Assembly (NCBI GenBank): GCA_009103225.1
Contig: RHPI01001715.1
Location: 578,099 to 642,098, forward strand
DNA length: 64,000 nt
From: Chlorokybus atmophyticus
Taxonomy: Eukaryota > Plantae > Mesostigma and Chlorokybus algae
Reading direction: 5' to 3'
The translations under genes were made by a program, and so were the position numbers. Positions 52,873 to 64,000 of this stretch are shown in pieces. The notes beneath the pieces are model-generated. The model was not told where the DNA came from and did no database searches. It saw only the letters and a list, made by a program, of their open reading frames with translations. The first letter of the stretch is position 1. The number at the start of each line of letters is the position of its first letter.

Positions 52873-53860
52873 GCAACAGGCAGCGCTCCTACCTAGCTGT
52901 CCGCGACATCTCCACATCCCCACCAACCCTGACCTTCATTCGCCCCATCGGCCACGACTACGTCAAGTACTTCAAGATCGATGTGTACTCGTGTGAGTAG
53001 TTGTGCTCTCATGTTGGTCCCTCTTCTGCGGCCAACATATGGCAATATGTGTGCTTGTGCATGCGTGCATACACACATGCTACCACCTACTCACACCCAC
53101 TTTATTGTATATACCCAGCCCCCCCTGTTTTGTACGCTCTGGTCCTGGGCGATACGCTCTACAAGACTCATCTTGTTGCACGATGGGTAAGTAACGGCTT
53201 GTTTATATGATTCGGTTAAAGAAGTTGACACTGACTTAGATTAATTTATACAGTAGCGACACTGGGGGAAGCGCTGATACCGTTGTCGTGGGGCCCAAGC
53301 TGTTTATCACGGGTGGGAACCTCAACTACTTCAACCTATACTCCAACTTTGACATCTACGGTACACCCACACACGCATGCATCTGTTGTGGTGTACGCGT
53401 GGTGCATTGCTTTCAGTGTGAACATTTCCCTGTGAGTGTTGGGCGCGTAATGGTCATTAAATGTTGTGTGCAGTTTTGCACATCCTGAGTGCGTAACTGC
53501 GTTGGCACCGGCGCCGAGTGAGTAATCATTTGGCACAGAGCTTGAAGTAACGGTGCTGCACTATTCACAACAGTAAGCAGTACCAATTGGTAGTAAAGTA
53601 AAAACAGGTGTACAGAGCTTGTGTGGAGATATGCAGAGGCTAATAGAGTGTTGAGGTGCAAACGTCTGTGAGGTAAGCGCATCCGCAGGGCAATTGTGTA
53701 CAAGTTTTGCACAATAGCGTGAATAATGGTGAGAGCATAGCCGTTTCAAATCCAACTTATCCCGCACTGTGCGTGCGTGCTTAAGTGGATGCATGCACGA
53801 GGCACTGTGTGTGTCTCTATGTCACGCGGCGTGCATGCGCGTTACAGGGTGTAATATCAT
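52873..53860 (+). pseudogene. B3: 5'-truncated tandem copy of the 3' part of gene B
   Basis: Starts mid-exon at AACAGGCAGCGCTCCTAC, repeats the last exons and 3' flank, with indels in later exons. Confidence 0.85.
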
Positions 53861-55259
53861 TGTATAGTATAGTATTCCATATGTATAGTATAATACAATA
53901 TAATATACTGCAAGGAGAACTCCGAGCTGGAGTCCCAAGCGCTAGCTAGGCTGCAGCAATGTAAGGCAGAGGCCATTAAACGAGACGTCTCAGCAACTCT
54001 TGACTACGCTAGTAGTAGTCATTACGCATGAGCAAAACTGAAACTTTGCGTATACAAGCAATGTGCTGGAAATGCACATTTTGCTTGCGGGTCCTCAGCT
54101 TATAGAGCAAATCAATGGACTGCCAAGTTGCGCGAGGTGGTGCAAGACACGCAGCTGCAGGCGCGCGCGGACGCAGCTAATATAAGAGAAGGTCAATCGC
54201 ATGTGTGTATGAGGGCGAGCTCATCACGCCGTTGTGCATGTGATTGTGCACCACACAGGTTGCGAGTATGGGTGATGATGAAACAACAAGTGGCGGGAAT
54301 GCACACGACTACAAGTAACTTTCGCCGCTGAACACAGAATCCCTAGGAGGGGCATGCCTTCTCTTGAGATGTTATAAGCACACGCACGCGCGCACCCACG
54401 CAATGACCCTCGAGCATTTCGTGTGCAAATACACCCGCGCATAAGTAAACATGAGCACGCACTTGTGAGTGACAGATTGGAGTTGCGTTTTCAGGGTACC
54501 CCCTTTCGCATTCAGACATAGATGTCATATGTGCATGATGCATGCAAGGGATGCGGATGGCAATGTGCTATATATAAGTTGCGCTTTAACATAGTTTGCC
54601 TCCCGTTGGTGGAACGAATTGTTTTTGGTAGTGACCAATGTATTGGTTAGATATTCAAAACCATTGCGTTTGTGGGTGCAATGGCTGATTGCAATGCAAC
54701 TATGCATAACAGAGGTGTGAGAGTGCGAACACATCTTGCCATAAGGTGGCACTGCTGCAAAGTAGATGATGTTGATTGCACTTGCAGCCAAGATTAATTT
54801 ACTTTGCATGCGCTTTACAACGTTAACATCAACACGTCTTCTGCACACAAGTACTGCACAACTATTGTGGCAGACCGTCATGTTGTCGACCATGTCTGCA
54901 TACACACATGCAAGGAGAATTTCATGCAGCTGTTTAACTCCGATTTTCAAGAAAGGGTTGCCATACATGCCGAGCCGCACAAAGCTTGCCGAGTTTATTG
55001 CTATGCCTATGCATAATGTTCTACATATGTGAGAATGCTTGGCCTAACTCTTTGCTGATGTTGATGCATCAAGTACTTTATTTGCTGTGTGATTGTGCTT
55101 GGTCTAACTCTCTGATGGTGCTGCTCGCTGATGCCGACATAATAGCGGCCATCGACGGTGCATGCGCAGACACGGGCACACTGCCTTTGCACTAAGCCTT
55201 GCGAGTGGCGATTGCTTCTTTGCCGCCAGCTTCGTGTCGCCTGATACCGCCGTTTTTGG

Positions 55260-56723
55260 CACTTGCCCACATCGCGCTGTCGAGCACGATGCCGGACACG
55301 ATCATTGCGGCAAGACTTGAGTGAGCTGGTGGTGCTGCGGTCATTAACATGTACGAGCGGGAGCGAGGCATCACCGGAAAACAAGGCGCGCAAATTGTCG
55401 GCAGCAGGCTTGGAAGCAGGCGCTTGGCTGAGCGGACTGCCCCTCACCCCAGCGATGAGGCTATTGTGAGTCTCCCGGTCGGCATCGCGTACACGCTTAG
55501 GCTTGCCACATCCATTGCTGGCGGCGGTGATACAGTGTGCATGCAAGGTAGCGCTGCAGTCGGAGGGAGCGTGGGTCGCACACGCACCTCCACCCACGAT
55601 GCGGTTTAACACGAGGTGTTCACCTTAATCATGGAGGCGCGCTTTATTGTGAGCCGCGAGCAGGCAGAGTTCCTGCCCATCCGCGGAGGGCATGCGCAGA
55701 CACTATCAACATGGCATGTTGAGGTGTACACCTCAATCTGAAGGCATCCAAACCTCGAGTGGCGGCTAGTGCCCGGCCGCCACACGAAGATGTTGCTAGA
55801 CGTTAATGTCACGGCATGCGGCGAGCGAGCAGGCATGGCAACCTTGATACGAAAAGCCGAGGCAACCAAGCGCCGCAAGTATGGTGACCACCCACCCGGC
55901 GATACCACTTGCCCGCTTGTACTGGAGACGCACGGCATGCGAAGAGGATTTCAGCGCGTGTTGCACTCATGCGCACGTCACACTATGATGGTGCGAGGGT
56001 GGAGCAGCGACGCTTTCATATGTCTGGCCCGCCAGCGAGTCACCTGTGCAATACAGCGTGCGCAGGCTGTCACAAATTGCGATAACTTGTGACAGACCTC
56101 ACTCATGGTAGTGTCTTCTACTACCATACCCTAGTGGTCAGGCCCCAATTGTTACAATGGTAACGGATCTTGATGTCCAAGGTTCAATTCTCGTAAGGGA
56201 CTGAGGCAGATCCAAGGCAAAAAGCAAAAACATTTGGGGCGGCTTGCCCTAGGCTGGGCGCGGGATTACGACCTGCGCGCCGAGCCAGTTCATCCTAAGG
56301 CTGCGTGAGCGGTTGCGCTGCGATGGCAGGTCGCGCGGTGAGGATGGCCGTTCGGTCGGTTCGGACCATTCATGGGCCGGATGCAACAGGCCGCGGGCAG
56401 ACCAATCGTGATACGGCCGCGAACACGGCGATGTGGGCTAGTGTCTCATTGGGTTATGAGGAACTCATGGGTAAAATTGGGAAGGAATGTCACGAATTGG
56501 GATAAAGTGTGACAGACCTCACTCATGGTAGTGTCTTTTACTACCATAGCCTAGTGATCGGGCCACAATTGTTACACAGGCCATGGCGTTTACAGACCGA
56601 GAAGCGATGGATGTGGCGGAGATGCCAAGGTGGACATCCGATGTCGACACTAGTGGCGCCAGGACCCCAGACGACAGAAGTCGACGTGGGATTGGCGTAG
56701 AGTGGAGTGGTGCCCGTGCTTGA
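55260..56723 (+). mobile_element. 3' remnant of a CRE-like non-LTR retrotransposon (CCHC-like region plus REL endonuclease), interrupted by a TRIM
   Basis: AGAWLSGLP..RTRLGLPHP..CAC; THDAV; LLDVNVT..KAEATKRRKYG..PLVLETHG; VTCAIQRAQA. Stops and frameshifts are present; the frame resumes after the TRIM to TGA 56721-56723. Confidence 0.8.
56068..56576 (+). mobile_element. Complete 509-bp TRIM (miniature LTR retrotransposon)
   Basis: 89-bp LTRs 56068-56156 and 56488-56576 (TG...CA, 9 mismatches); PBS-like TGGTAACGGATC one base after the 5' LTR; purine tract GGGAAGGAA before the 3' LTR; perfect 5-bp TSD CAGGC. Confidence 0.9.
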
Positions 56724-58026
56724 GATGTATATGGTGCGTGTGTGATGGGCATGATAGCTTAACGCTCGCATGTATTTTGGGTTGTCATCTTGCTAATGCT
56801 GATGCAAATGCTTACTTGACAGCTGCGTAACATGTGCTTGCGCTGCAGTTTCATGACAGTTGCTGGGTGGCGTCTTCCCATTAATACTTGTTCTGAGTTC
56901 TATCCTGCACAAGCTGACGAACGGACCAATACGAAAGGCTTGCAGCCGACATCATAGTATGTGCATGGTGCTCAACAGGTACACATGGCGGCTATCCTAC
57001 CTGTGGCAGCGGAGCCCACTCAGTCGTGGTGTCATTGATTGTCGCCATTTTCGCTACTGTTTTTTAGACCCCGGGTTGGACTTCGCGACTGAAGCGTAAA
57101 TGGTGACCCCTTGCTCCTCCTCACCCCGACCCCTGTCTGCCTGCGTTTGAATCCTAGTGCTAGCGGTCTTGGTTGTATGAGCTTTTAATGGTCTGGATGC
57201 AAAAGCGCACACAACACTTAAGCAAATGTCATACCCAACCATAAGATATGCACGCACGCATTGGCACAAACATAAGCACAATGTTGTATGTATGATAAGT
57301 CATAGTGCAAGTCCGGCCCTTCCGCCCCACAATTTCTGTCGCATTAGATACCATTTTTTCTGTGAGACTTGCTTGCACAACTCGCACAACTTCTCGCACT
57401 GTACTTCTTTATCTACTGATCGTGCTGCTCCTTGACACCTTGTGACCCTAACTATGACTTGACAATGCAAACAGTGGACAAGTTTAGATGGCTTCAACAC
57501 CCTTTAAGAACATAGTTATGGCGTGAGATGTATTGTCAGCCAAGGGAGCGTTGATTCCTTAATTGACGTTATTTTCAAAGAGTTTATTTTATTTTTTCAT
57601 TGCCTAAACTCCCGACTATGATTGATTTCAACGAAGTCTTTTGCGTGATCTCGTCTATCGAAAGTTGTTTTTTGAAGCATTATCGTATATGCAGTAAGAA
57701 CGCTAACCATCACATGGGATCACATTTCGTGACGAGCATAAGCGGCGTGATGAATCTGGGCGAAAAGAGCCAAAAGACATCAATCAACGTATCAATAACC
57801 GTTATGATCATCAAGCTGTTTATATGCAGCATTATGTTCTTTTCACTAGTACATGATATCAAGGGAACTGCCCGTAAAATCACAGACTGGCGGAGGATGC
57901 ACATTATGCTCTTGCGAGGCTAGATTAGACCTACCCCCAAGTGGGGAGCCCCACCTCCCATGATGGACCTCATGTCAAGAGTTGGGCCCTCCAATTGTTG
58001 GGCGGGGCGGGGCGGGGGGGGGGGGC

Positions 58027-58262
58027 NNNNNNNNNNNNNNNNNNNNNNNNNNNNNNNNNNNNNNNNNNNNNNNNNNNNNNNNNNNNNNNNNNNNNNNNNN
58101 NNNNNNNNNNNNNNNNNNNNNNNNNNNNNNNNNNNNNNNNNNNNNNNNNNNNNNNNNNNNNNNNNNNNNNNNNNNNNNNNNNNNNNNNNNNNNNNNNNNN
58201 NNNNNNNNNNNNNNNNNNNNNNNNNNNNNNNNNNNNNNNNNNNNNNNNNNNNNNNNNNNNNN
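58027..58262. other. Assembly gap flanked by G runs, upstream of HHL1
   Basis: N run with G-rich edges. Confidence 0.97.
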
Positions 58263-58389
58263 GGGGGGGGAGGGGGCTCGCGATGGATAATGATCCAATA
58301 GAAAACCATCATCCCTGCACTGACGTGGCCGCCTGTGGACGCTGAGGTGAGGGTCACGGGCGGCGTCGTCAGTGGCGTCAGCGTCGGCG

Positions 58390-59460
58390 ATGGCAATGGC
58401 GATGGCGGCAGTGGCAGCGGCGGCGGTGACGTGTCCGCCATCGACGTCGGCAGGGCCACCTACCCTGAGGTCGTCATTCCTCGGGAGTGGGCGGGCAGCG
58501 GTGCTGCGGTTGCGCCCTGGTGCCGCCGCTGCGGCGGCGGCGGAGACACAGAGGAGCAAGCATGCTGTGCTTAGGGTTCTGGCCATGGGTAAAGGCAGGC
58601 AGGCGAACAGGAAACTTCCTGGCCGGATGGACCCCAGCAGAGCGCAGGTTCAACCGCCGCCGATTGATGCCTCAGACCCCAACCCTCAGGTACACATAGA
58701 CCTAAACATAGACACACATACACATACACACACGCACATACAGTGTGGCTATACTCTCTGGTAGTCCTTAGCGAGAGCCGCAATTGTATGTATCAGACCA
58801 CAACTTTCTTTGTCTGTGTCCAGCATGGTCTGTGCAAAATTCTCAGCTGCAATGTTAGGTGTCGATCCTTTTATTGGTGTGTGCGCTGCCGGCATGCTTG
58901 CCCGTTTCTTCAGTCAGGCATTTTGGAAAAAGGGTGACATTTAAGGCCAAGTCTACAATGTCGTAATTTGAGTTGTATGCACGGTACTTGTCACACAATT
59001 GCCTATTGATCGCTGCGCGAACATGTGTGATGACCCTTGATTGTATGCGCAGTTCACCATCTTCATCCGGAACAAGAAGCTTCCTCTTTGGTACCCGCTG
59101 ACGATCGTTCAGGCGGGTACTGCCGCTCGCATGATTGTGGCTTCGCTGCAAAACGAGCTCGGCAGGAGGCTCTACGGCAAGACGCTCACGAACAACATCG
59201 CCGCTACGCTGTACAAGGATGAGGAGAAGATCAAGGCTCAGGCCTTCAAGAACTACCCCGTGCTGAAGACCGCCAAGGAGATCCAGTGGGGTTACAAGAT
59301 TGTAGACAAGGCCAACCCCAAGAGTGCAGTCTCACAGGAAGGCATCATCGCTCTGCCTGAGAAGGACTCAGAGGACCTCAAGGGTGTCTTTGGCAAGATC
59401 AAGGATTTCTTCGGTGGGTTTGGTAATAAGAGTGAAGGAGACAGCAGCAAAAGCAGCTGA
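58390..59460 (+). CDS. HHL1: HHL1-like thylakoid protein (PSII repair), 2 exons
   Basis: Transit peptide, then PPPIDASDPNPQ|FTIFIRNKKLPLWYPLTIV.AGTAARMIVA..LGRRLY..TLTNNIAATLYKDE..IK..AFKNYPVLKTAKEIQWGYK..VFGKIKDFFG; intron 58690-59052. Confidence 0.9.
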
Positions 59461-60043
59461 AGTGGTTCTGCGCGTAGGGTGTAGGTGTGCCCCCACCGGC
59501 AGCGCTAGGTGGCGTTTTTTGTGCTTGCGTTAATTATTGCAACCTGGTTGCAAATACACACTACAACATCCCCTTTACTCCCCGCCAAACCAACCAAATA
59601 TGCTTGCATCCATTGCACACAGTTTCTCCCTTCCTCATTTACTGTGCACCTGCTGGCAATTGCGTGTCCATGCATGATCACAAACATAAACCAGAGTGCC
59701 TCACTTGCACCTGTCCAGAGCTGCCCGACCATCCGATAGAGGCGGTCTCAACAGGCAGTGCACGCCATGCACCACTTCTAGCCAGTCATAGATTGCAGTA
59801 AACTTAGACCTTGGTTCTGTTGCACTATTGCAACCGTGGTGAACCTGTCAGTGATATCATCTCAACACCGAGGCACTCCTAGCATTAAATGTAGTACTGA
59901 TGTAGCCATGCAAAGCGCAATTCCAATCATTGATACTGTACAAAGATATGCTGGTCGTTATATCTGTCATCACAGGAATAGGTGGCACACATGTTCCACC
60001 CAGACATGTCACCAAGTCCAAGCAGTTGCCACAATTGCTCTTG

Positions 60044-62720
60044 TCATGAGGGTATTGTGTGCCGTGACGCGCTTTGAGGAATGCCATTGGCATCGTATGA
60101 CGAACACCGCTGCTGAACGCTCACTCCGTTGAGCATGCATTTGCCCTCAAACCAGTCGAAAGTTTGTGGCGCGCGATCACGGGTCAGTTCATGAGAGCCT
60201 GCCACGAGAGCAACAGTTGGTCACACAATCGACAAGACATGCACTGAACAGAATGCGATCTTTGACTTCAGACAGTAACCATGTGCGTGCATGCATGAGT
60301 ATTGTCGATTGAAACTCACCATAGGCAACGTTAAGTAGCTCGATCAGCGCTGCAGGATGGACGATCTGCGTGGCGTGGACAGCCTCCGCTCCCCTTTTGA
60401 CTACTAGGACACTCTGCCTGCGCGACACATGCGCTGAGCACTTGAACACAACCCCCACCATGCCAACGGCACTTATCTGTTGAAAGACTGCCAGCATTCC
60501 AACCATGCAGTGCACATTACCAGTCCAGGTGGCGCGGGTTGTTGATGAGCATGTTTTTGTCGTCAAGAAACCCGGCCTCCTTCAAACAATTGTACAACTG
60601 CAAACAAACAGCCAACCCATTGTAAGCAAGCCCTTGTTACTCGTTAGGCAGTTAACACAAACTGCAACCGCGGGTTATACAGTGTACAGAATGCAAAAGA
60701 CACCCTATCTTGGGCAAGCTTATACCTGGACGGAGGTGGCACTGTCGATGCTGTCGCATCTGTCGGCAAAGTAGCGCGGCGTGATGGGTTGCGGGCTGCA
60801 CGTCAACTCTGCTGCCCACACAATGCTGCTGCTGTCCGGTTCGTCAAGTTGCTGAATGGCCTTGATAGCCATGTGTACGCCTTCGGCAGTGTACGTGTCT
60901 CTGGGCACTGCATGAGCAACGCACGAGTCTACAATACAATAATCGCTCACTGCCAACTACAAGTTGGAATCAGCGTTGCATAACACTAGCGGGCAGGGTT
61001 GTGAGGCACAAGATGATAGGAAGAGGTTTTCTTACTGTGCACAAACAAGGTCGGCGGGTACGGCTGCGCCATGTCATTGAGGTATGGATGCCTTGTGTAA
61101 GCATTGGCCACGCCACCGGAAATGTAGATGGCAGCAGCGTCAAGCTGCACAACATGTGCCAGGACCTGCCAGTCGAAACTAAGTTTACCACTGCGCATGC
61201 ATGGCTTCATGAGTCGAGCAGTAACACCACAAGCTAGCCTTACCGACACGAAAAAGCCTCCTGAAGACGCGCCCAACGCATACAGTGGAAGCTTGTTTAG
61301 CTTCTGCAGTAGCAACACAACGCATGAGCATGGTTGATGCAACCCGACATGCAACCCAGCACACACAACACTGATCACTATGCTGTCATCACTTACATGC
61401 TGCAGCCTCCAAGCGCTCAGCGCTGCAGGCACACGCCGCATGTCAGCTGTGCTGTTCGCCGGCGGCCACGGTGCAGCCCAACATTTGCTGATTTTGCCCT
61501 CTCGATCGGCACTTGAGACCGCAATCACTGCAAACTTGCGTGCCAAAGCTGCACGAACCAGGGCGGTCTCCTCTGGCAAGCTGCAAAACACAACCACACC
61601 TCAACACTGCATGCTGCAGCAACTAGCATGCTGTTGATATCATGCCTTCAACACTGATATACGAGCACAATAAATGAGTGCGTGAGTCAGTAGCACTGTT
61701 GCTCGTATGGCATGCGCATGCATATTGTCATGTTGGAGCGTACTGCCAACACATACCCTATGCATGCGTCACAGGACTCCCCTTTTGGCCAAAAGTCAGT
61801 CGCGCCATGTGTGCACCCGTGTGCAATGAAAAGCGTCCCAACCGGATTGGGAGGCACCTGCATACATTGCAGACTGTGTGAGCCTTATCACATTCTCGCC
61901 TCAGCAAGTATATAAGTACATGTGTTTATAACCGAGTCAAAACCGAACAAACATTTGCTAAGCACCTGCCAGACGACCTCAGCTTCCTGAATGGTTTCAA
62001 ACACCCCATTCAACCTGACATCCAACACGCTCTTCCATGATGCTTGCTCCTCTTGCTGCGGCTGCTGCTTATCGCTGCTGCTGGGGTACCTTTCGGGCTT
62101 GCGCCCGCGCTGCCCGATGTCTACATCGTCGGGGTGGTGGTAGCCGTATGACGCTCCCGTGACACATATGGCGATGATGGTAATGAACGCCATCACCACC
62201 GCTGCTGTGACAACACGCGACCTGTGCACATATGCGCACTTTTGGTGCACAGCAGCAACAGCAAACTGACCAAAGCTGCTTGCATTGTGAGACACACTGC
62301 TGCAACTGGAACACGCAAAGCTGATCAACCCTGCACAGATCAGGCAGTTACAGCTGCTTTGCCAGCAACTGTAACTGCCTGATCTCCGCTCAGGTAGCAG
62401 ACGAATGCTTGCATAGACGCTTTGTGCATGTGTTGTTGTCACTTGAGCTTGCGCCTGGCTATGCAGGAGAAGCACGCAAGTGTAGCTAAAGTTACACGTT
62501 TGAGCATTGCTAAGCGACAGCTGGCATGGATTACCAATTGACCAACAGCCAGAGCTACTCGTGCACATGCCCTGCATGCTTCTACGTAGCGATTGAAAGG
62601 TCAATGCTGACGCTTGTATGCGACATGGCTAGCAGCAATGGCCCTCACCAGCCTACACAGACTACCAATGCCGCTTACGTGCTGCGTTTGGCGTGGGATG
62701 GCGTGGGCGGCGGCGCCCAT
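60044..62720 (-). CDS. Conserved plant-type alpha/beta-hydrolase-fold protein with N-terminal membrane anchor, multi-exon
   Basis: LPEETALVRAALARKFAVIAVSSADR..CW; LPLYALGASSGGFFVS (GxSxG); YPPTLFVH; ELLNVAYGSHELT..TFDWFE; the last three exons were checked for frame. Confidence 0.85.
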
Positions 62721-63333
62721 ATCGCCGTCGCCGTCCGTTGTCGAGCCAGCTTGACACGCACTCAACCCGCTGACCTCACTTCTCCACTCCAAACTTTGCC
62801 TCTCAACGCATGCAGCAGAGCCGCTCGTTCCACAGCACCTGACACCACCTACTCCCTCTCGTCCTCCTCCTCCTCCTCCTCCTTTGCCTCGTTCACATAG
62901 ACCACCAGACCACAGGCATCAACTGCTGCTCAACAGCGCTCCCCGTTTTCCAACCTGCTTGTCCACCTCAAGCCAGCGTCTTTACCAACGCCTCAACATT
63001 GTGGTCCAATCTGACAGACTGACCTAAGGCGACGACAACGTAACCACTGCCACCGCCAACGCCGCCGCCGACAATGACACCCGCCAGCTGCATGCTGGCT
63101 GAGGCAGCAGCAAAATGCAGTGAAGAGATGTGCTTTCGTTCTTTTTCACAATGTGCTTTTGTTCTTCTTCCTTTTTTTCTTGATTGTGGTTCTTCTAATC
63201 AGGGTTGAGACTTCAAGCTCTCTCGACCACGCTCGTTCAACACGGGTCGATCAACTACGGTCGGCTGTCTCAAGTTAACGACTTCAAGCGCTTAACTGAG
63301 GTGGCTGACTGCCTCGGCACGCAGGTGAACGCC

Positions 63334-64000
63334 ATGCACGCGGCGGCGTCGGCAGCGGTGGCGACGGCTGTGCTCGCTGTGGTCACCAGCGTCGCCCTGT
63401 TCGTGCCGCGGATCTCTCAGCCGCAGGAGTACCATGACTTTGCTGATCAGAGGGAGCTGATTCCAGGTGAGGTGGAGGACTGCGAGAGCGTTATTCAGCT
63501 AGTTGAAGTTATTCAAACGTGGCTTTGCCGCTTCTTGGCTGTTTCAGCATACACATCATGATATTGGTTGATAGCACAGTAACAGCAATATCATCAACAG
63601 TTGATGCTATGTGCAGGGGTGCCCAACACGCTTGATGTGTTGTCCAACGCACCGTTCCTGGTAATAGGCCTGGTGGGCCTCGCTTTCACCGCTAATGCAG
63701 GCGACAGCAAGTTCAGGTGGGCATTCTCTCATCCGCCACATCTTGTATGCACATGAGCGTGCGCATATGGTACACATCGGAGTCACAGCATGCACACATG
63801 TGGGTTGAGGGCGCGCGCACGTGCATAACCTCTTTTACATGTATTCTACCACAATTGCATTGCGCGTCATGCATGCGCGTGAATGTGTCAAATATGCCCT
63901 GTGCAGCTCGCAAGCAGAGCGCTACGCATGGGCGACACTGTTCGCGGGCGTGACAGCCACTTCCGCCGGCTCCTCGTACTACCACCTGGCCCCAACCGAT
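63334..64000 (+). CDS. Ceramidase/CREST-family membrane protein (alkaline phytoceramidase-like), runs off the window
   Basis: PRISQPQEYHDFADQR..|VPNTLDVLSNAPFLVIGLVGL..|..AWATLFAGVTATSAGSSYYHLAP. An upstream exon is possible. Confidence 0.85.

Noticed and set aside
56120-56580. tRNA-derived SINE, or Helitron 3' end (hairpin + CTAG)
   Set aside because: Better explained as a TRIM given the paired LTRs, PBS, PPT and 5-bp TSD; the hairpin-CTAG spacing is too short for a Helitron end.
57240-57920. Transposase or Fanzor/TnpB remnant in an AT-richer tract
   Set aside because: No DDE, RuvC or zinc-ribbon motif could be supported in any frame.

Overview
Eukaryotic, intron-rich DNA from a photosynthetic green-lineage organism, most plausibly a green alga (inferred from HHL1, a plastid-targeted membrane protein and plant-type UBA/PUB and UBC13 genes). 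The window alternates conserved and accessory zones. Island 1 (~14.6-37.1 kb) holds a small putative CDK-inhibitor-like gene, galactokinase, a plastid membrane protein, a very large coiled-coil gene, a ZnF-UBA-PUB protein, UBC13 and a CEP164-like WW/IQ protein. Island 2 (~58.4-64 kb) holds HHL1, an alpha/beta-hydrolase-like gene and a ceramidase-family gene. The accessory flanks (1-14.5 kb and 37.3-58 kb) share several paralogous blocks in shuffled orientation: a divergent pair of a membrane RING ligase and a helical ORF (3 copies), a secreted YWTD-like protein (3 copies), Cys-rich pseudogenes and decayed ORFs. The right flank also has a TA-flanked MITE, a 49-bp palindrome and a CRE-like non-LTR retroelement remnant interrupted by a complete 509-bp TRIM. 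Four assembly gaps are present, all G-rich at the edges. All comparisons were made by eye; no database searches were run.
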